A stretch of 64,000 nucleotides of DNA from contig NC_058369.1 of the NCBI RefSeq assembly GCF_018350175.1, forward strand, positions 14,322,001 through 14,386,000, in the 5' to 3' direction. The translations under genes were made by a program, and so were the position numbers. Positions 1 to 16,907 of this stretch are shown one piece after another; positions within the stretch are counted from its first letter, which is position 1; each line of letters begins with the position of its first letter. The notes beneath the pieces are model-generated. The model was not told where the DNA came from, made no database searches, and saw nothing but the letters and a program-made list of their open reading frames with translations. This DNA is from Felis catus (taxonomy: Eukaryota).

Positions 1-599
1 CAGCCGGAGAGCTAAGCCTGGTACACAGCAGGTGCTCAAAAAGTACTTCAACTGCATACACATGAATTCTGCTGCCTCTTGTCTCTGGAGACTGTGGCTC
101 GGGGGCTGTGGAGGCCCCATCCCACTCATGCCTCCCAAGCCCTCTGAGAGGGCCTCTGTGGCACAGAGGGCCATTGCAGTGCCTGGCAAGTGGGCGGGGC
201 TTTGAGAACTACAACAGCCAGAGCTCAGCAAGTCCCTCAGATGCCGCCGATCTGCCGGGGTCGGCCCTACATGGGCGCCGAGTAACAACGTGCCAGGCCT
301 TTCTTGGTACCATGCTCTCCTCACACAGTCGATCACACCTCCCGGTATTGAGGCCTTCCTGCAGTCCTCTCCCATCAGGTTCTTGGCCTGGCCACGTGGC
401 TGGCCTCGACCAATGGAGCATCCGCAGTGTGAAGCAAGAAGAGGTCGGATGGGCACAGGCACACGGGGGCTGCCCTCTGGGCACCCGGTCACCAGGAGAA
501 GCCTAGGCCGGCCTGCTGGGGAGGCCACGCAGAGGGGAACGGACCCCCTGCTGCTGACGGCACGGGTCCAGATCCAGATGTGTGAGCGAGGCCACCTCT

Positions 600-770
600 G
601 ACTATGAGCCCCTTTGAGTTCTGATGAGTGCCAGATAGTTGTTAAGTCCAGAAAAACTGCCCAGCTGAGCCCAGCCCAAATCGCAGGACTGTAAGCAGCC
701 AAATGACTAAGGTTGTCAACCACTAAGTTTGGGGATAGTTTGTCATGCAGCAGTAGCTGATTGCTACAAC
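600..770 (+). mobile_element. MLT1-type MaLR LTR fragment
   Basis: CCAGCTGAGCCCAGCCCAAAT..CCACTAAGTTTGGGG..GTTTGTCATGCAGCA resembles an MLT1 3' end. Confidence 0.5.
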
Positions 771-1306
771 ACACATCACTATGCAGCAGCACCCTCTGCT
801 GCCTGCTGAACCACTCTGACGGAAGGTCAAAGCAGAGACCAGAGAGGGGAGGGACTTTCTCAGGGTCACACAGAGGCCAGCAGTGCAGCGAAGATTCCTG
901 AGCTGGGTGGGTAGCCATCATGCTGGGCTCTGCCTGAGAGAACGCGTGTGAGTAAAACAACCAAACGTGGGCTCCCCCCTTCTGTCTTGGCAGGGGGAAC
1001 ACGGGATCGAGACAGGGCCTGCGGCCTGGAGAAGGGGCAGGGAGTTGGCACAGAGAGCACGAGGGAGACGAGGGCTGACCACGTCCTGCATAGCAGAGGG
1101 CTGAAGGTCCCTACCACCCCGAAGCCTCCCACTGATGAAAGTATCCTACAAGCCCGGGGAGAAAGCCCAAGAGGTTAGACGAGCAGGTCCCTTCTTGGAC
1201 ACCGAGAGGGTGGGTTAGTTCAGAGCATGGAGTACAGAGGTTCACGACCCCACTTGACACTGACCTGAGCCAGAGGGGCCAAAGCACCTCCAAGTCTCTT
1301 CCGGGA

Positions 1307-1896
1307 TCAAGCTGAGGAGGGCAGGGGTGGTTCGTCAGGGCTGGAACAAAACATGGGCAGCGTCCTTGAGGCCAATGTCAGAGGCCATCGGGCGTGCTCA
1401 GTTAGGCTGGAGATGGGTTTGGGTTACCTTCCAGTCCCCTAAGACCCCTGGCCTCAGCCTTCAGGGCATCCTCTGTATAAATGGGACCAGCCACCCAACT
1501 TCAGAGGTCGTGGTTGGGACTCATGCAGGACTGGGCACTTCAAACCCGCAGGGCTTGCCAAGAGAAGTGTTAAGCAGCACTTTAAGCTGCTAGAAGCATC
1601 TTTCAGAAGCAGGCAGAAGCAAGGCATCTAAAGCACTTGGGAAACCATGAATTAAAAATAAAAGGTATTGCGGGGCGGGGGGGGGGGGGGGGCGCCTGGG
1701 TGGCTCAGTGGGTTAAGCATCCCACTTCAGCTCAGGTCATGATCTCACAGTTCGTGGGTTCGAGCCCCACATCAGGCTCTGTGCTGATAGCTCAGAGCCT
1801 GAAGCCTGCTTCCGAGTCTGTGTCTCCCTCTCTCTCTGCCCTTCCCCAGCTCACGCTGTCTCCCTCTCTCAAAAATAAACATTAAAAAAAAAAAAT

Positions 1897-1929
<33 letters not shown>

Positions 1930-4900
1930 GGTATGGGGGAGCCTGGGCGGCTCAGTCGTTTAAGCATTCGACTCTTGATATCAGCTCAGGTCATCATCTT
2001 GTGGTCATGGGATCAAGCCCCACGTCAGGCTCCACACCGAGAGGAGCCTGTTTGGGATTCTCTCTCTCCCTCTCTCTGCCTCTGTCAAAATAAATAAATA
2101 AACTTAAAAAAAAAAAAAAAAAAAGGTAAAAGCTATGGCTTTTTGAGGCCCTACCGTGCAGGGGGCGCTGTGCACACTACACAGCAAGCTCTGGCCCCAA
2201 TGGCTTGCACCAACCTACAGCAGGGCAGCCCAAGGCAGACAGTCCTTTAAAGCAAAGAAGCCCAGATCAACCCATGTCGTGCTACCCTCTGTGAGAAGAT
2301 GGCTGCACGTCCATTCTTACACATTCACCAGGCTTTTTTGTTTTTGACAATTCCTGCGTCTCAGTTTTCAGAACAGTAACACAGATTTTTTTTTTTCTTT
2401 CTTTCTAAATGTCTGGTGGGGGACAGGCATGCCAGACCCAGTCCCAGACTGCAGGGGCCGGACATATATCAAAGCAGAGTTACAGCTTACAGCACGTGCG
2501 CATGTGCCCAAGTGCATGTTTATTAAGTTATAATGACAGTATGACAAAAACTCTCTCCCCAGGGTGCGAGGACTGTAAGTGCTTTTCATTTTTAGGCCAT
2601 CTGGTCCTTGGCTTGAAGCCTCCTTCAGCTCCGGGCAACCTCCCCTGCAAGCCTCGCGGGCTCTGTCTCCCTCTTGCTCACCCACTCCAGCCACACTCGC
2701 CTCCTAGATGTTCCTCCAACACACCCAGATCACCATCCCCAGGGCCTCTGTCCTCACCGCTGTCCAACCTGGAACCCCCTCCCCGGGCCACCTCCCATCT
2801 GCATGGTGCTCAGGCCTCTGCTCCCACCTCCTCAGAGAGGCTCCCACCTCCCTTTTCTTCCTTTGCACATCTGAAATGCTCGTCTGTTCCATGTTTACCT
2901 GGTTGCCGTATGCCTCCCCGTGAGACCACGAGTACATGCATATTGGCCACCGCTGCATCCCCGGTGCCCAGCCCAGGGCCGGGCACACAGCAGAGCTCAG
3001 GACCTGGGTGCTGGGTGGCTGTACTCTCCCGTTACAGACGCCAAAGGACGAGAGGAAGCCACCAGGCACCATGAGATGAGGAAAGGGAGCTGTCTAAGGA
3101 GTGAGAGACAGCAGTTCCTGGCTGAGAAGCAAAGGTCCTTACAGCGAGGAGGCTGAGAGCAGGAGCGGGTGGTCCCGGAGCTACCTGTGGCTCTGGGCGG
3201 CAGCATTCATGTGGTCCCGGATGCTGATGGCCTGTTTCAGAAGACCCTCCACGCTGCGGAAGTAGACGCTGCTGTCAACAAGGTTCTTCACAGCACTGAA
3301 ATGGGAGGATGGACCCAGTCGGTGCCACCCCGCCTTACCCTCCCCTCCCTGCGCCTGCCCATGTAGCCTCCCAGCCAGAGGTTGGTGGGGGCGCCTGCAC
3401 GGGCTCAGTGCTCAACAGGCACCCCAGGGATTCTGTGGGCTTATCCGGGGTTTAAAGTTTTGATTTCCCTGCCACACCTCGATGACATCTATGCGACAGA
3501 GCGCATGATGGCCAGAAGCAGCTATTTTTTTTGCAAGTTTTTATTTATTCATTTAAGTAATCTCTACACCTGACGTGGGGCTTGAACTCACGACCCCAAG
3601 ATCGAGAGCGAGTCACATGCTCTTCCGAATGAGCCAGCCAGGCGCCCCGGGTGCAACTTTTACATCCTGCTGCTAGACCACCTAATGTTTTGAAGAAGCG
3701 ATAAACGTGTAAAAATGGCCTTTTAGATAACCTACTCCTGCCTCTGAAGGAAGCTTATCAACTCAACTGTGAAGAGCTCTGGAGGTGAGCTTAGAGAGAA
3801 GCAGAATAACTCACTACTAATTAAGGGGACACCACTGCCAAGCTGTGCTAGCCTCTGGTGTTGGTGCCAGACTAACAAACACCTAATGAAAATGCCCCTT
3901 CCAACAGCACAACAGTAAAATATTCACCAGGCCACCCAGGGCCCTGCTAATGCCCTGCTAACTCACCTGCATAGTATCTGCAGTGGAAATAAAAGTGTCA
4001 TTTTAAAGCTGTTCTATTAAAGACAAAAAACTCACTCCTATTTATTATCAGTCAGGGACCGGCTGGAAAACGGCCACAAGATCAAAGCGGGGGTTGGGGG
4101 GCTATCGCCTGCTCTGTTAGCTTGTTCGTTTTAGCGCTACCAAAATGCAGTCAGCTTTTCTAGTGTTTGCCCACCTGGATGAAAAGCTTGTCTTTATGGG
4201 AATGCAAACTGGTGCAGCCACTCTGGAAAACAGTATGGAGGTTCCGCAAAAAATTAACAATAGAACTACCCTACGACCCAGCAATTGCCCTACTAGGTAT
4301 TTACCCACGGGATACAGGTGTGCTGTTTCGAAGGGACACATGCACCCCCATGTTTATAGCAGCACCATCAACAATAGCCAAAGTATGGGAAGAGCCCAAA
4401 TGTCCATCGATGGATGAACGGATAAAGAAGATGTGGTATGTATATACAATGGAGTATTACTCGGCAGTCAAAGAGAATGAATTCTTGCCATTTGCAACTA
4501 CGTGGATGGAACCGGAGGGTATTATGATAAGTGTAATTAGTCAGAGAAAGACAAATATCATATGACTTCACTCATATGAGGAATTTAAGATACTAAACAG
4601 ATGACTATAAGGGGAGGGAAGCAAAAAGAATATAAAAACAGGGAGGGGGACAACAGAAGGGGGACAAACAGAAGAGACTCTTAAATATGGAGAACAAACA
4701 GAGGGTTACTGGAGGGGTTGTGGGAGGGGGGATGGCCTAAATGGGTAAAGGGCTTAAGGAATCTCCTCTTGAAATCATTGTTGCACAATGTGCTAACTAA
4801 CTTGGATGTAAACTATGAAAAATAAATAAACTATAGGGGGAAAAAAGCTTGCTTTTATAAGTTCCCTCTTGAATAGTTTATCCAGTTTAGTATCTATAAA

Positions 4901-5847
4901 TTCTGCATCAACTACGTAAAGCATTGTCAACAACCAAAAGGGCTCTTTCATGTCCATAAAGGAAACATGGTCCCTTAGCATAGAGAAATTCACATCTCCC
5001 TAGCGAGAAGTGCTCAGAGCTCAGGATACACTGGCCTCATGCTTACCTCAGCATGGCCCGGTGGAACTTTCTGGAACATGACGGACACATTCTTTATCCG
5101 CTGACATGGCTGCTAAGCCCTTGAAATATGGCTAGTGAGACAGAGGAGCTGAATCTTTTATTTCATTTTAATGCATTAAAATTTAAGTGTCACCCGCAGC
5201 CCGGACTCCTTCACTGAATGGGGCAGCTAGAGGAACCGGGACAAAGTACAGACTCTGACATGTTCTTCCTTTGACCTGGGCCTTGCTGGTGAGCCCACAG
5301 CTGCGCAGGAGCTGTTTGGCAGACGTGAGAGAGAAACTCCTATTTCTTTTCTACCCTTTCTTGAGCTAATGAGGGTGTCTGAGGCCACCATCCTCAAGAA
5401 AATGCCATCCGTCTGGAAGGCCTTCTGTCCCAGTGGAGGGGCCAAGGCGGCTGATGGTAGAGCACTCGGCTCAGTACCCTCAGCAGCAGGACCTCCTGTC
5501 AGAGAACCTTCGTTCGCACAACAGAAACAGGCAAGCAAACCCCGTGGTTCCACAGATTGTACTGCTGGGGTGTGTCCAGCCTCCATGAAAATGACTTAGT
5601 CCACGCAAAGGGCAAATGGCACTTCTAAATAAAATTGCCAAACTCGCGAGGCAAACGGAACAAGCCAGGACGTTAAGTACAGTCAGGGGAACCAACTGAA
5701 GAGGGGGAGGCAAGGCCAGGAAAGGTGAGATGATGAAAAGAAACACTGGCTACTACTTTTTACTCTGACATACATCTTTCCCTTGGGACTGGGAGGCGGC
5801 GGGGGGTGGGGGGTGGAATCTGAAGACTTAGAAAAAGCTAAACACAA

Positions 5848-5889
<42 letters not shown>

Positions 5890-8800
5890 TAAATGGTACC
5901 CTCACACTCACAGCATTATCCACAGTAGCTAAAACGTGGAAGCCACCGAAACGTTCATCGACAGATGGATAAACTGAGGTGGGTCTACGCAACGGAATAC
6001 TACTCAACCTTAAAAAGGAAGGATAATCCAACACAGGCTACAGCATGGGAAGACCTGGAGGACAGCATGTTGAGTGAAAAGAGATGGACAGAAAAGACAA
6101 ATACTGTCCGACTCCATTTATGTGAGGTCCCCAGATTCATACACAGAACACAGAACGGTGGGTGCCGGGGGTCAGGAGAAAGGGAAGGGCGGGGTTAGTG
6201 TCCGACGGGGAGAGTTTCAGATTTGCAAGATGAAAAAAAATGCTGGCAATGGAGGGTGGGGATGGCCGCACGTGAATGTATTTACTACCACTGAGCCGTA
6301 TACTTGAAAATAGTTAAGGTGGCAAATTTTATGCGTCTGTTATACACTAAAAAAAAAAAATTGGAAAGAAATAAAAATGTAAAAATAATCGGCTGTATTT
6401 GTGCTGTGGCCCTCCTCTCAGCTGCCGTCCACCCCACCGGCCAGTCTGTGGTCCTGGATGTGGGAAGGAGAAGTCCCTTGAGGCACTGGCTCCCTTCCCA
6501 GATGGCATCTCCCCTAAACCTTTCCACCCCTTCCTACGACACACGGGGGCTCCGCTCGGGAGGAAGCCTGCCGGAGGCACGTGGGGGATGGGCAAATGGT
6601 GAGAAGCACAGGCCTGGATTGGAACCTGCTGTGTGGCCAAGTAAGTCGAGATCCACATGCCTCAACTCAGATGCATATGGCAGGAGAAGGTTCACCGGAG
6701 AGCTGGCTGAGATGCCCCGGAGTGTCCCAGAGGTGACCCTGGGGCGTACGGGGACAACCCCGGCAGTGGGGAGGCTACCGGGCTCACCTGCAGGCATACT
6801 CCACTGTGTAAATGGCTCCCTGGCTCTGCTCCTCCCATCGCTGCATGTCGGCCTGTGGGAGACAGGAAGCTGTTAGCAGGAGGGCTGCTACCTCCACCCT
6901 CTCAGTTCCTGGGATGGAGCACCTGATCACCCATCACCATGGCCACAGAGACCAGCCCCCTCCATCCTGATCTTTCCTCCTGAAAATCCCCTCCCTCACA
7001 GGTCTGGGCTTTCCGCCAACACGTGGCCACCATGCCTCAGGGCCTTTGCATCCCTCGGCCTGGCACATGGTTCCCTCGGGTCCTCATGCGGATGCTTCCT
7101 TCTCGCCATACAAGTGACAACGAATGCACATCCGGCCACCCCCTTCTTCCATATCTGCCCCCAAGTCTGTCCACCCATGGCCTCAACCTGTCTCAGTGAC
7201 CTCGTGCCTCCTTGCTGCTGTCCCAGCCTTGACTCCTCCCCCAACAGCCCCTGTTCCATGTAGCAGGCCCCAGATCATGAGGTGAGGACTCTGGGGGAGG
7301 TCAGTGCCAGGGGTCAGTGGGGCTCACCTTATGCTGGGCCAGCTCAGGCAGAGAGCGGCGCACGTGCTCCTGCAGCCGGTACAGGGCCACGGAAGGCTCA
7401 TTGGCCAGGACATAGACACTCTCAGTGAACTTGTCTGTGACTGGGCCGAGCAAATCAAAAGTTGGGGGCCGGGGTGGGGGGTGGCAGAGCAAGGGAAGGG
7501 CGGCAGAGACACAAAGAGACAAAGCATAAGACTCTTGACTGCTTAATCCGCGAGTCCAGCCAGAGCAGCGAGGGGTGTCCAGTGTCCACTCAGGAGCTGG
7601 GTCACCTGTGGTCCCAGTGATGGGTTGAAGGAGATAATCAAGAAAGGCTTCGCTCATCATGATGTTAACACATCCAGTGAACTCATGGTTTTTCCCCTCC
7701 CAAGCCCACTTGCGGTAGACACTGCTGCTGCCCACTTGGACCCTCTCACATTCCCTTTACCCCAAGGAATGAATCTGAGACTCTTCTTCGAGGGTCCTAC
7801 CAGTTACTGGACCTGAAAATGCCTGGAAGCTTAGATCGCTGGGTGGCCTTCAGCCATGACTGACCATCAAGGGGTATTAAAGGCTACATCTCCTGCTGTG
7901 TGTTGGGACAACGTGGAGGTGTAAATCATCCTTCTGAGTTCTCCTGAAGCATCAGGCTGAGGATCTGCCCTGAGATCACTCCTTGCTCAGCTTCCCCTAT
8001 CTCCCCTGTGAGGTTCTCCTGGTAAGTTAATTACACAGAAATCCTTACCCCACGGTCTGCTTCAACAAATGACATTCCCAGCCAGTCAGTCATCTACACC
8101 CTCCCATCCATGACAGATCCTGCTGGTTCTGCCTGAAAACAAAGTCTAAATCTCACCTATTCTTACCACTACACTGCCCACGCTGGTCCAGGCATGGCCA
8201 CCTCTCGCCAGGACGCCAGATTCAGCTCCTTCCTGGTCTCCCTGCTTCCGCTCTGCCAACAGTCCAATCTCCAAACAACAGATGGAGTGATCTCCTAATG
8301 AACATATCAGATATGTCCCTCCCTTATTTGAAACCCTCTTATGGCTCCCATCAGCCAGAGCGTAAAATCCACCTAACTTACTATGGCCCATAAGCCCCTG
8401 TATGTTCTTCCTGCTGTTAACTTCCCTGCCTTCCTCACCATCCAAGGCACAGTGGCCTCCTGGCTGTTCCTTGGACACTCCCAGTACTGTCCAAAAGAAC
8501 TTTCTGAGATGACCGAAAGGTTCTATAATCTATAGTGTCCAATAATGTAGCCACTAGGTACATACGGCTGGCTACTGAGCATGTGGCTGAAATGTGAAAT
8601 ACGACTCACAAATTGAGTTTTATTTTTTTGTTTAAATTTTAATTCCAATAGAGTTAACATACAGTGTTATGTTAGTTTCAGGTGCACAATATGGTAATTC
8701 AATAATTCTACACATTACTCAGGGCTCACCATAAGAATTTTTTTACCTAATTTTAATTAACTGAAATACCCATAAATACTGTGATCAGTAGCTGCTGTAT

Positions 8801-10071
8801 TGCTGCCCAGTTTGTTCTGCCACTGACCCTCTCCTTCCCCCATGGGCTTCTCTTTATCCCTCATGTCTCAGCTCCTGGACAAGGCCTTCCCTGATCACCA
8901 CGCTTAACCGAATGTCACTTCCATCTCATTCTCAACCTCAGCACCTTGTTCATTTCTCTTATAAATTCTCATTCTTTATTACATTACACTTTTACAAAAA
9001 AACAAAAACAAAAACAAAAAAAGTTGAAGCTTGGATTCTTGAGGGCAGGGGCTTCTGGGAGCCTCAGTTTCCTCAGCTGTAAAAATGGAATAATAGTACC
9101 CACCTCAAGGTTTGCTACAGAGATGGACCCCATGCTGTGGCCAGTGGAGTGTAGTTAACAAGACAGAGAACTCTGGTGCATCTGGGAGTCAAGGGAGGCT
9201 GTGCATGAGTCTGGCTAGTGTCAGCATGTCTAGCTCACTGCAACGCCCTCAGGAGGGTAGAGCCCATCCTGCCACCTCCAAACTGAGTGTACTCTTATCC
9301 CTCTTAGTCCTCCTCGTTTGGAAAATGAACATAAGAGCCTACCCTTCAGTGCTGCTGCAAAAAAGATGGGATGAACTATACTTGTGCCTTCTAAATAATT
9401 AACTAGAGGGGTGCCTGGGTGACTCAGTCGGTTAAGCAACCAACTCTTGATTTCCGCTCAGGTCATGACCTCACAGTTGGTGAGTTGAGCCCAGCATGGG
9501 GCTCTGCGCTGACAGTGGGAAGCCTGCTTGGGATCCTCTGTACGTCTCTTTGCCCCTCTCCCACTTGTGTTCTCGCTCTTTCTCAAAAATAAACTTAAAA
9601 ATAGTAACTAGAAATAACGTGTGTCATAACAAAAACCTTTATGATTTAACAAGTCTGTGGCGTTTGGTAATTTGTAACTATGTGACTTACAAATATTCGA
9701 TGTTAACGTAAACCTAAACAAATACGTAACCATATACGGAAGTAACACGCACAGCGATTGCCACGTCACAGGCGTTCTTTCAATGCATTACAAATAGCAG
9801 GTCATTGAATTCTCACAACAAACCTATGGGGGCGGGGAGAGACTACTATACTTCCCATTTTACAGATGACAAAATTGAGGCACGGAGACACTCTAAAGGT
9901 TTTTAAACTAGTCAGCGGCCGAACCAGGATGCAATGGTGGTCCAATTAGTTCCCCCGCATGCTCCCTCCAAGCCTTTGCCCCCTCCTGCACTCTGTCAGG
10001 TCACCCTTCTGTCCAGCCCGGGGCTCAACACAACCTTTCTTTCCCTTGAGTTGCATCTCCGGTTCCTCCAT
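1307..10071 (-). CDS. BORCS8: BLOC-1-related complex subunit 8 (MEF2BNB), 119 aa, 5 coding exons
   Basis: Exons complement(10035-10071, 7328-7440, 6788-6852, 3185-3295, 1307-1340), all introns GT-AG. 37+113+65+111+34=360 nt. Translation [119 protein letters not shown], recognised as BORCS8. Confidence 0.97.
1689..1895 (+). mobile_element. Can-SINE (SINEC_Fc-like)
   Basis: GGGGCGCCTGGGTGGCTCAG head, A/B boxes, CT tract and A tail; followed by (AATC)n at about 1897-1925. Confidence 0.9.
1935..2124 (+). mobile_element. Can-SINE
   Basis: tRNA-derived head, CT tract, polyA. Confidence 0.88.
3525..3648 (-). mobile_element. Short Can-SINE
   Basis: Reverse head ...GAGCCAGCCAGGCGCCCC; T-rich tail. 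Confidence 0.8.
4198..4842 (+). mobile_element. 5'-truncated felid-type LINE-1 (ORF2 C-terminus plus 3'UTR)
   Basis: [16 protein letters not shown]...[15 protein letters not shown]...CTPMFIAA is the L1 ORF2p C-terminus. TSD AAAAGCTTGTCTTTAT (4182-4197) / AAAAGCTTGCTTTTAT (4843-4858). Confidence 0.92.
5848..5889 (+). repeat. (AAT)14 microsatellite
   Basis: Read directly. Confidence 0.95.
5895..6375 (+). mobile_element. Old L1M 3'-end fragment
   Basis: Degenerate ORF2-end motifs (GCAGCATTAT-like, GAATACTACTCA) and an L1M 3'UTR-like ending. Confidence 0.7.
8485..8800. mobile_element. MER3/MER33-like hAT DNA transposon fragment
   Basis: CTGTCCAA..AGAACTTTCTG..GTCCAATA..GTAGCCACTAG..TGGCTACTGAGCA motifs; similar copies at about 5060-5190 and 38280-38475. 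Confidence 0.55.
9408..9600 (+). mobile_element. Can-SINE
   Basis: Head GGGGTGCCTGGGTGACTCAG; TSD about TAACTAGA. Confidence 0.88.
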
Positions 10072-10900
10072 AACGACCGCGTACAGATTCCGAGGACCGG
10101 AAGCGGAAGTCCGGCTATGGGGAAGGCTTCTTAAACCTTCCCCTACGAAACCAGACGCCGTGGTGCTCCAGTTCCGGTGCCAATTGGCCTGCCCGCCTCA
10201 CTACTTCGTGTACCTAGACTGGAGAGGAGCCCTGAGTGAGAGACTGGGGAAGGAGGCACACCAGTAGACGGGTGAGGAAGGGGCGGAGACCCCCTGAAGC
10301 TCCAGGAGGGACACCCAAGCAGGAAGGGGCAAGGGCACCCTCCCTTCACGAACTCCCTTTTCCGGGAGCAGACGAATTAGGGAAACGCTCCAAACATTGT
10401 CCACTTCGGGCCACATAAACGGCCTCTTTGTACCCTCCTATTGCCATCAGATTCTTGCACATGCTCACACGCCCCCAGGACCGCAAAGAAGACATTGTTA
10501 TGAACGGAGGCGACAGTAGTGTTGCCCCTTTAAGTCCCGACACCTCGACTTTTCCCCGCCCACCACCTTCGTAGAGGAGAGAGCCCCGCCCGTCCTGGAG
10601 CAACTGGAGCCTAGCGTCTCCCTCAGGAAAACCTTATGGGTGGAGCTGGGGGGGTAGTGACGCAAGACTGTCTCAATGAAATCCTCTGAGCCCTCTGAGG
10701 CTCCACCCATCCCTTCAGACCCTGCCGGGCTCCCTCCAGAGCTGCCAGGACAAGAACGCGCAGGCGCAACAGCATTGCTTGGGCCCCAGCGGAAACCACG
10801 CCCCTCCCCCAAGTCTTAAAGGGCCAGTAGCAGCTTCTATTGCTCTTGCCTTTCGGCACTTTTGGGGAGGCAGGGTGCGCAGGCGCAGTGGGGTGCTCTG
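10072..10900. promoter_or_regulatory. Bidirectional CpG-island promoter for BORCS8 and RFXANK
   Basis: CpG-rich, between head-to-head genes. Tandem ETS/GABP CCGGAAGCGGAAGT 10097-10110; NRF1-type CGCGCAGGCGCA 10757-10768 and TGCGCAGGCGCA 10876-10887; GC boxes. Confidence 0.8.
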
Positions 10901-10946
10901 AGGTGGGGGTAGCGGTCGCGTATCAAGTTGCTCTCTGTCCCGGCAG

Positions 10947-11086
10947 AAGAAACCAGGGCGCTGAGGATCCAGGTTCCAGCTTGCTCCCTCCTATATCAAT
11001 TGAAGGAGAAAAGTTTGTGAATTGGGCCCCCAAGTTTTGGGGGACCCGGACTTGCGGCGTGGGGTGACAGACGAGGCTCGTTAGAG
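10947..11086 (+). other. RFXANK: RFXANK non-coding 5'UTR exon
   Basis: Pyrimidine tract plus cggcag acceptor ending at 10946; donor AG|GTGAGT at 11086/7; no ATG. The next exon starts at 11591, 8 nt before the ATG. Confidence 0.65.
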
Positions 11087-11598
11087 GTGAGTGGACCTTT
11101 CGGATCTGTTTGGGAGGGGCCGGTGGGATGGGACCGATCACACTTTGTTGAGCAGTCACTTATTCCGGGGACCGCCCCCCCCCCCCCCCACCACGCAAGA
11201 AAAAAATAACTACAGTGAACGTTTATTAAGCTCTGCCCGTGTATCAGGCCCCCAGCTTTGCTATGTACAGGCACGGTGCTAAGACCTCATTTCCCCATTT
11301 GATTAATGAGGAAACTGAGGCTCAAAGAAGTTAAGTCATGTGCCCAAGTGCTCACAGCTTATAAATGGTGGGATTCGAACCCAGATAGCTGAACCCATTT
11401 TAAGTAAAGCATGTTGTATGTGCCCTGGTAGCGGGGGAGGAATGAGCCTGAAAAGCAGTTGGACTGTGGTTTTAACTTCCCGCTGAGCTTGAGTTTACCC
11501 ACCCTCACTGTGAAAGGCCGGGTATGCTGTTGGTGCCTACTTAATAGGAGTTGTTGATAATTAACTGTTCTCTTTTGGCGCTTCTGCCAGCTTCCCCC

Positions 11599-16695
<5,097 letters not shown>

Positions 16696-16823
16696 AGGCT
16701 GCCTGCTGGGGACTCAGATACTCAGGGAACAAAACAGTTGACGCAGAGCTGGGGGAACCCAGAACTGGCTTCAAAGGCAGCTCCTGGACAGACAGTGGGA
16801 GGGGATCCTTCCCAAGAGGAACC

Positions 16824-16829
16824 AATAAA
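16824..16829 (+). terminator. RFXANK polyadenylation signal
   Basis: AATAAA about 130 nt after the stop codon. Confidence 0.75.
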
Positions 16830-16907
16830 CCTTCTGTGCATAACCTCAAGGACTTCCCTGTGCTTCCCCAAGGGCTTCCTGGAGGAGTGAGTTAGTACCC
16901 AGTGGCC

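Noticed and set aside
1689-1770. tRNA-like A/B boxes
   Set aside because: These are heads of tRNA-derived Can-SINEs, not tRNA genes.
2155-2171. CTCF-like CGTGCAGGGGGCGCTG
   Set aside because: Mismatch at a key core C; cannot be supported without a PWM score or ChIP data.
2409-3074. 221-aa Pro/Ser-rich ORF
   Set aside because: Low-complexity translation of C-rich, probably LINE-2-derived intron sequence.
4167-4565. 132-aa ORF as a host gene
   Set aside because: It is the L1 ORF2p C-terminus of a truncated retrotransposon.
11063-11078. 16-mer GGTGACAGACGAGGCT shared with the HAPLN4 3'UTR (55203-55218), making the two mRNAs locally complementary
   Set aside because: About one exact 16-mer pair is expected by chance in 64 kb.
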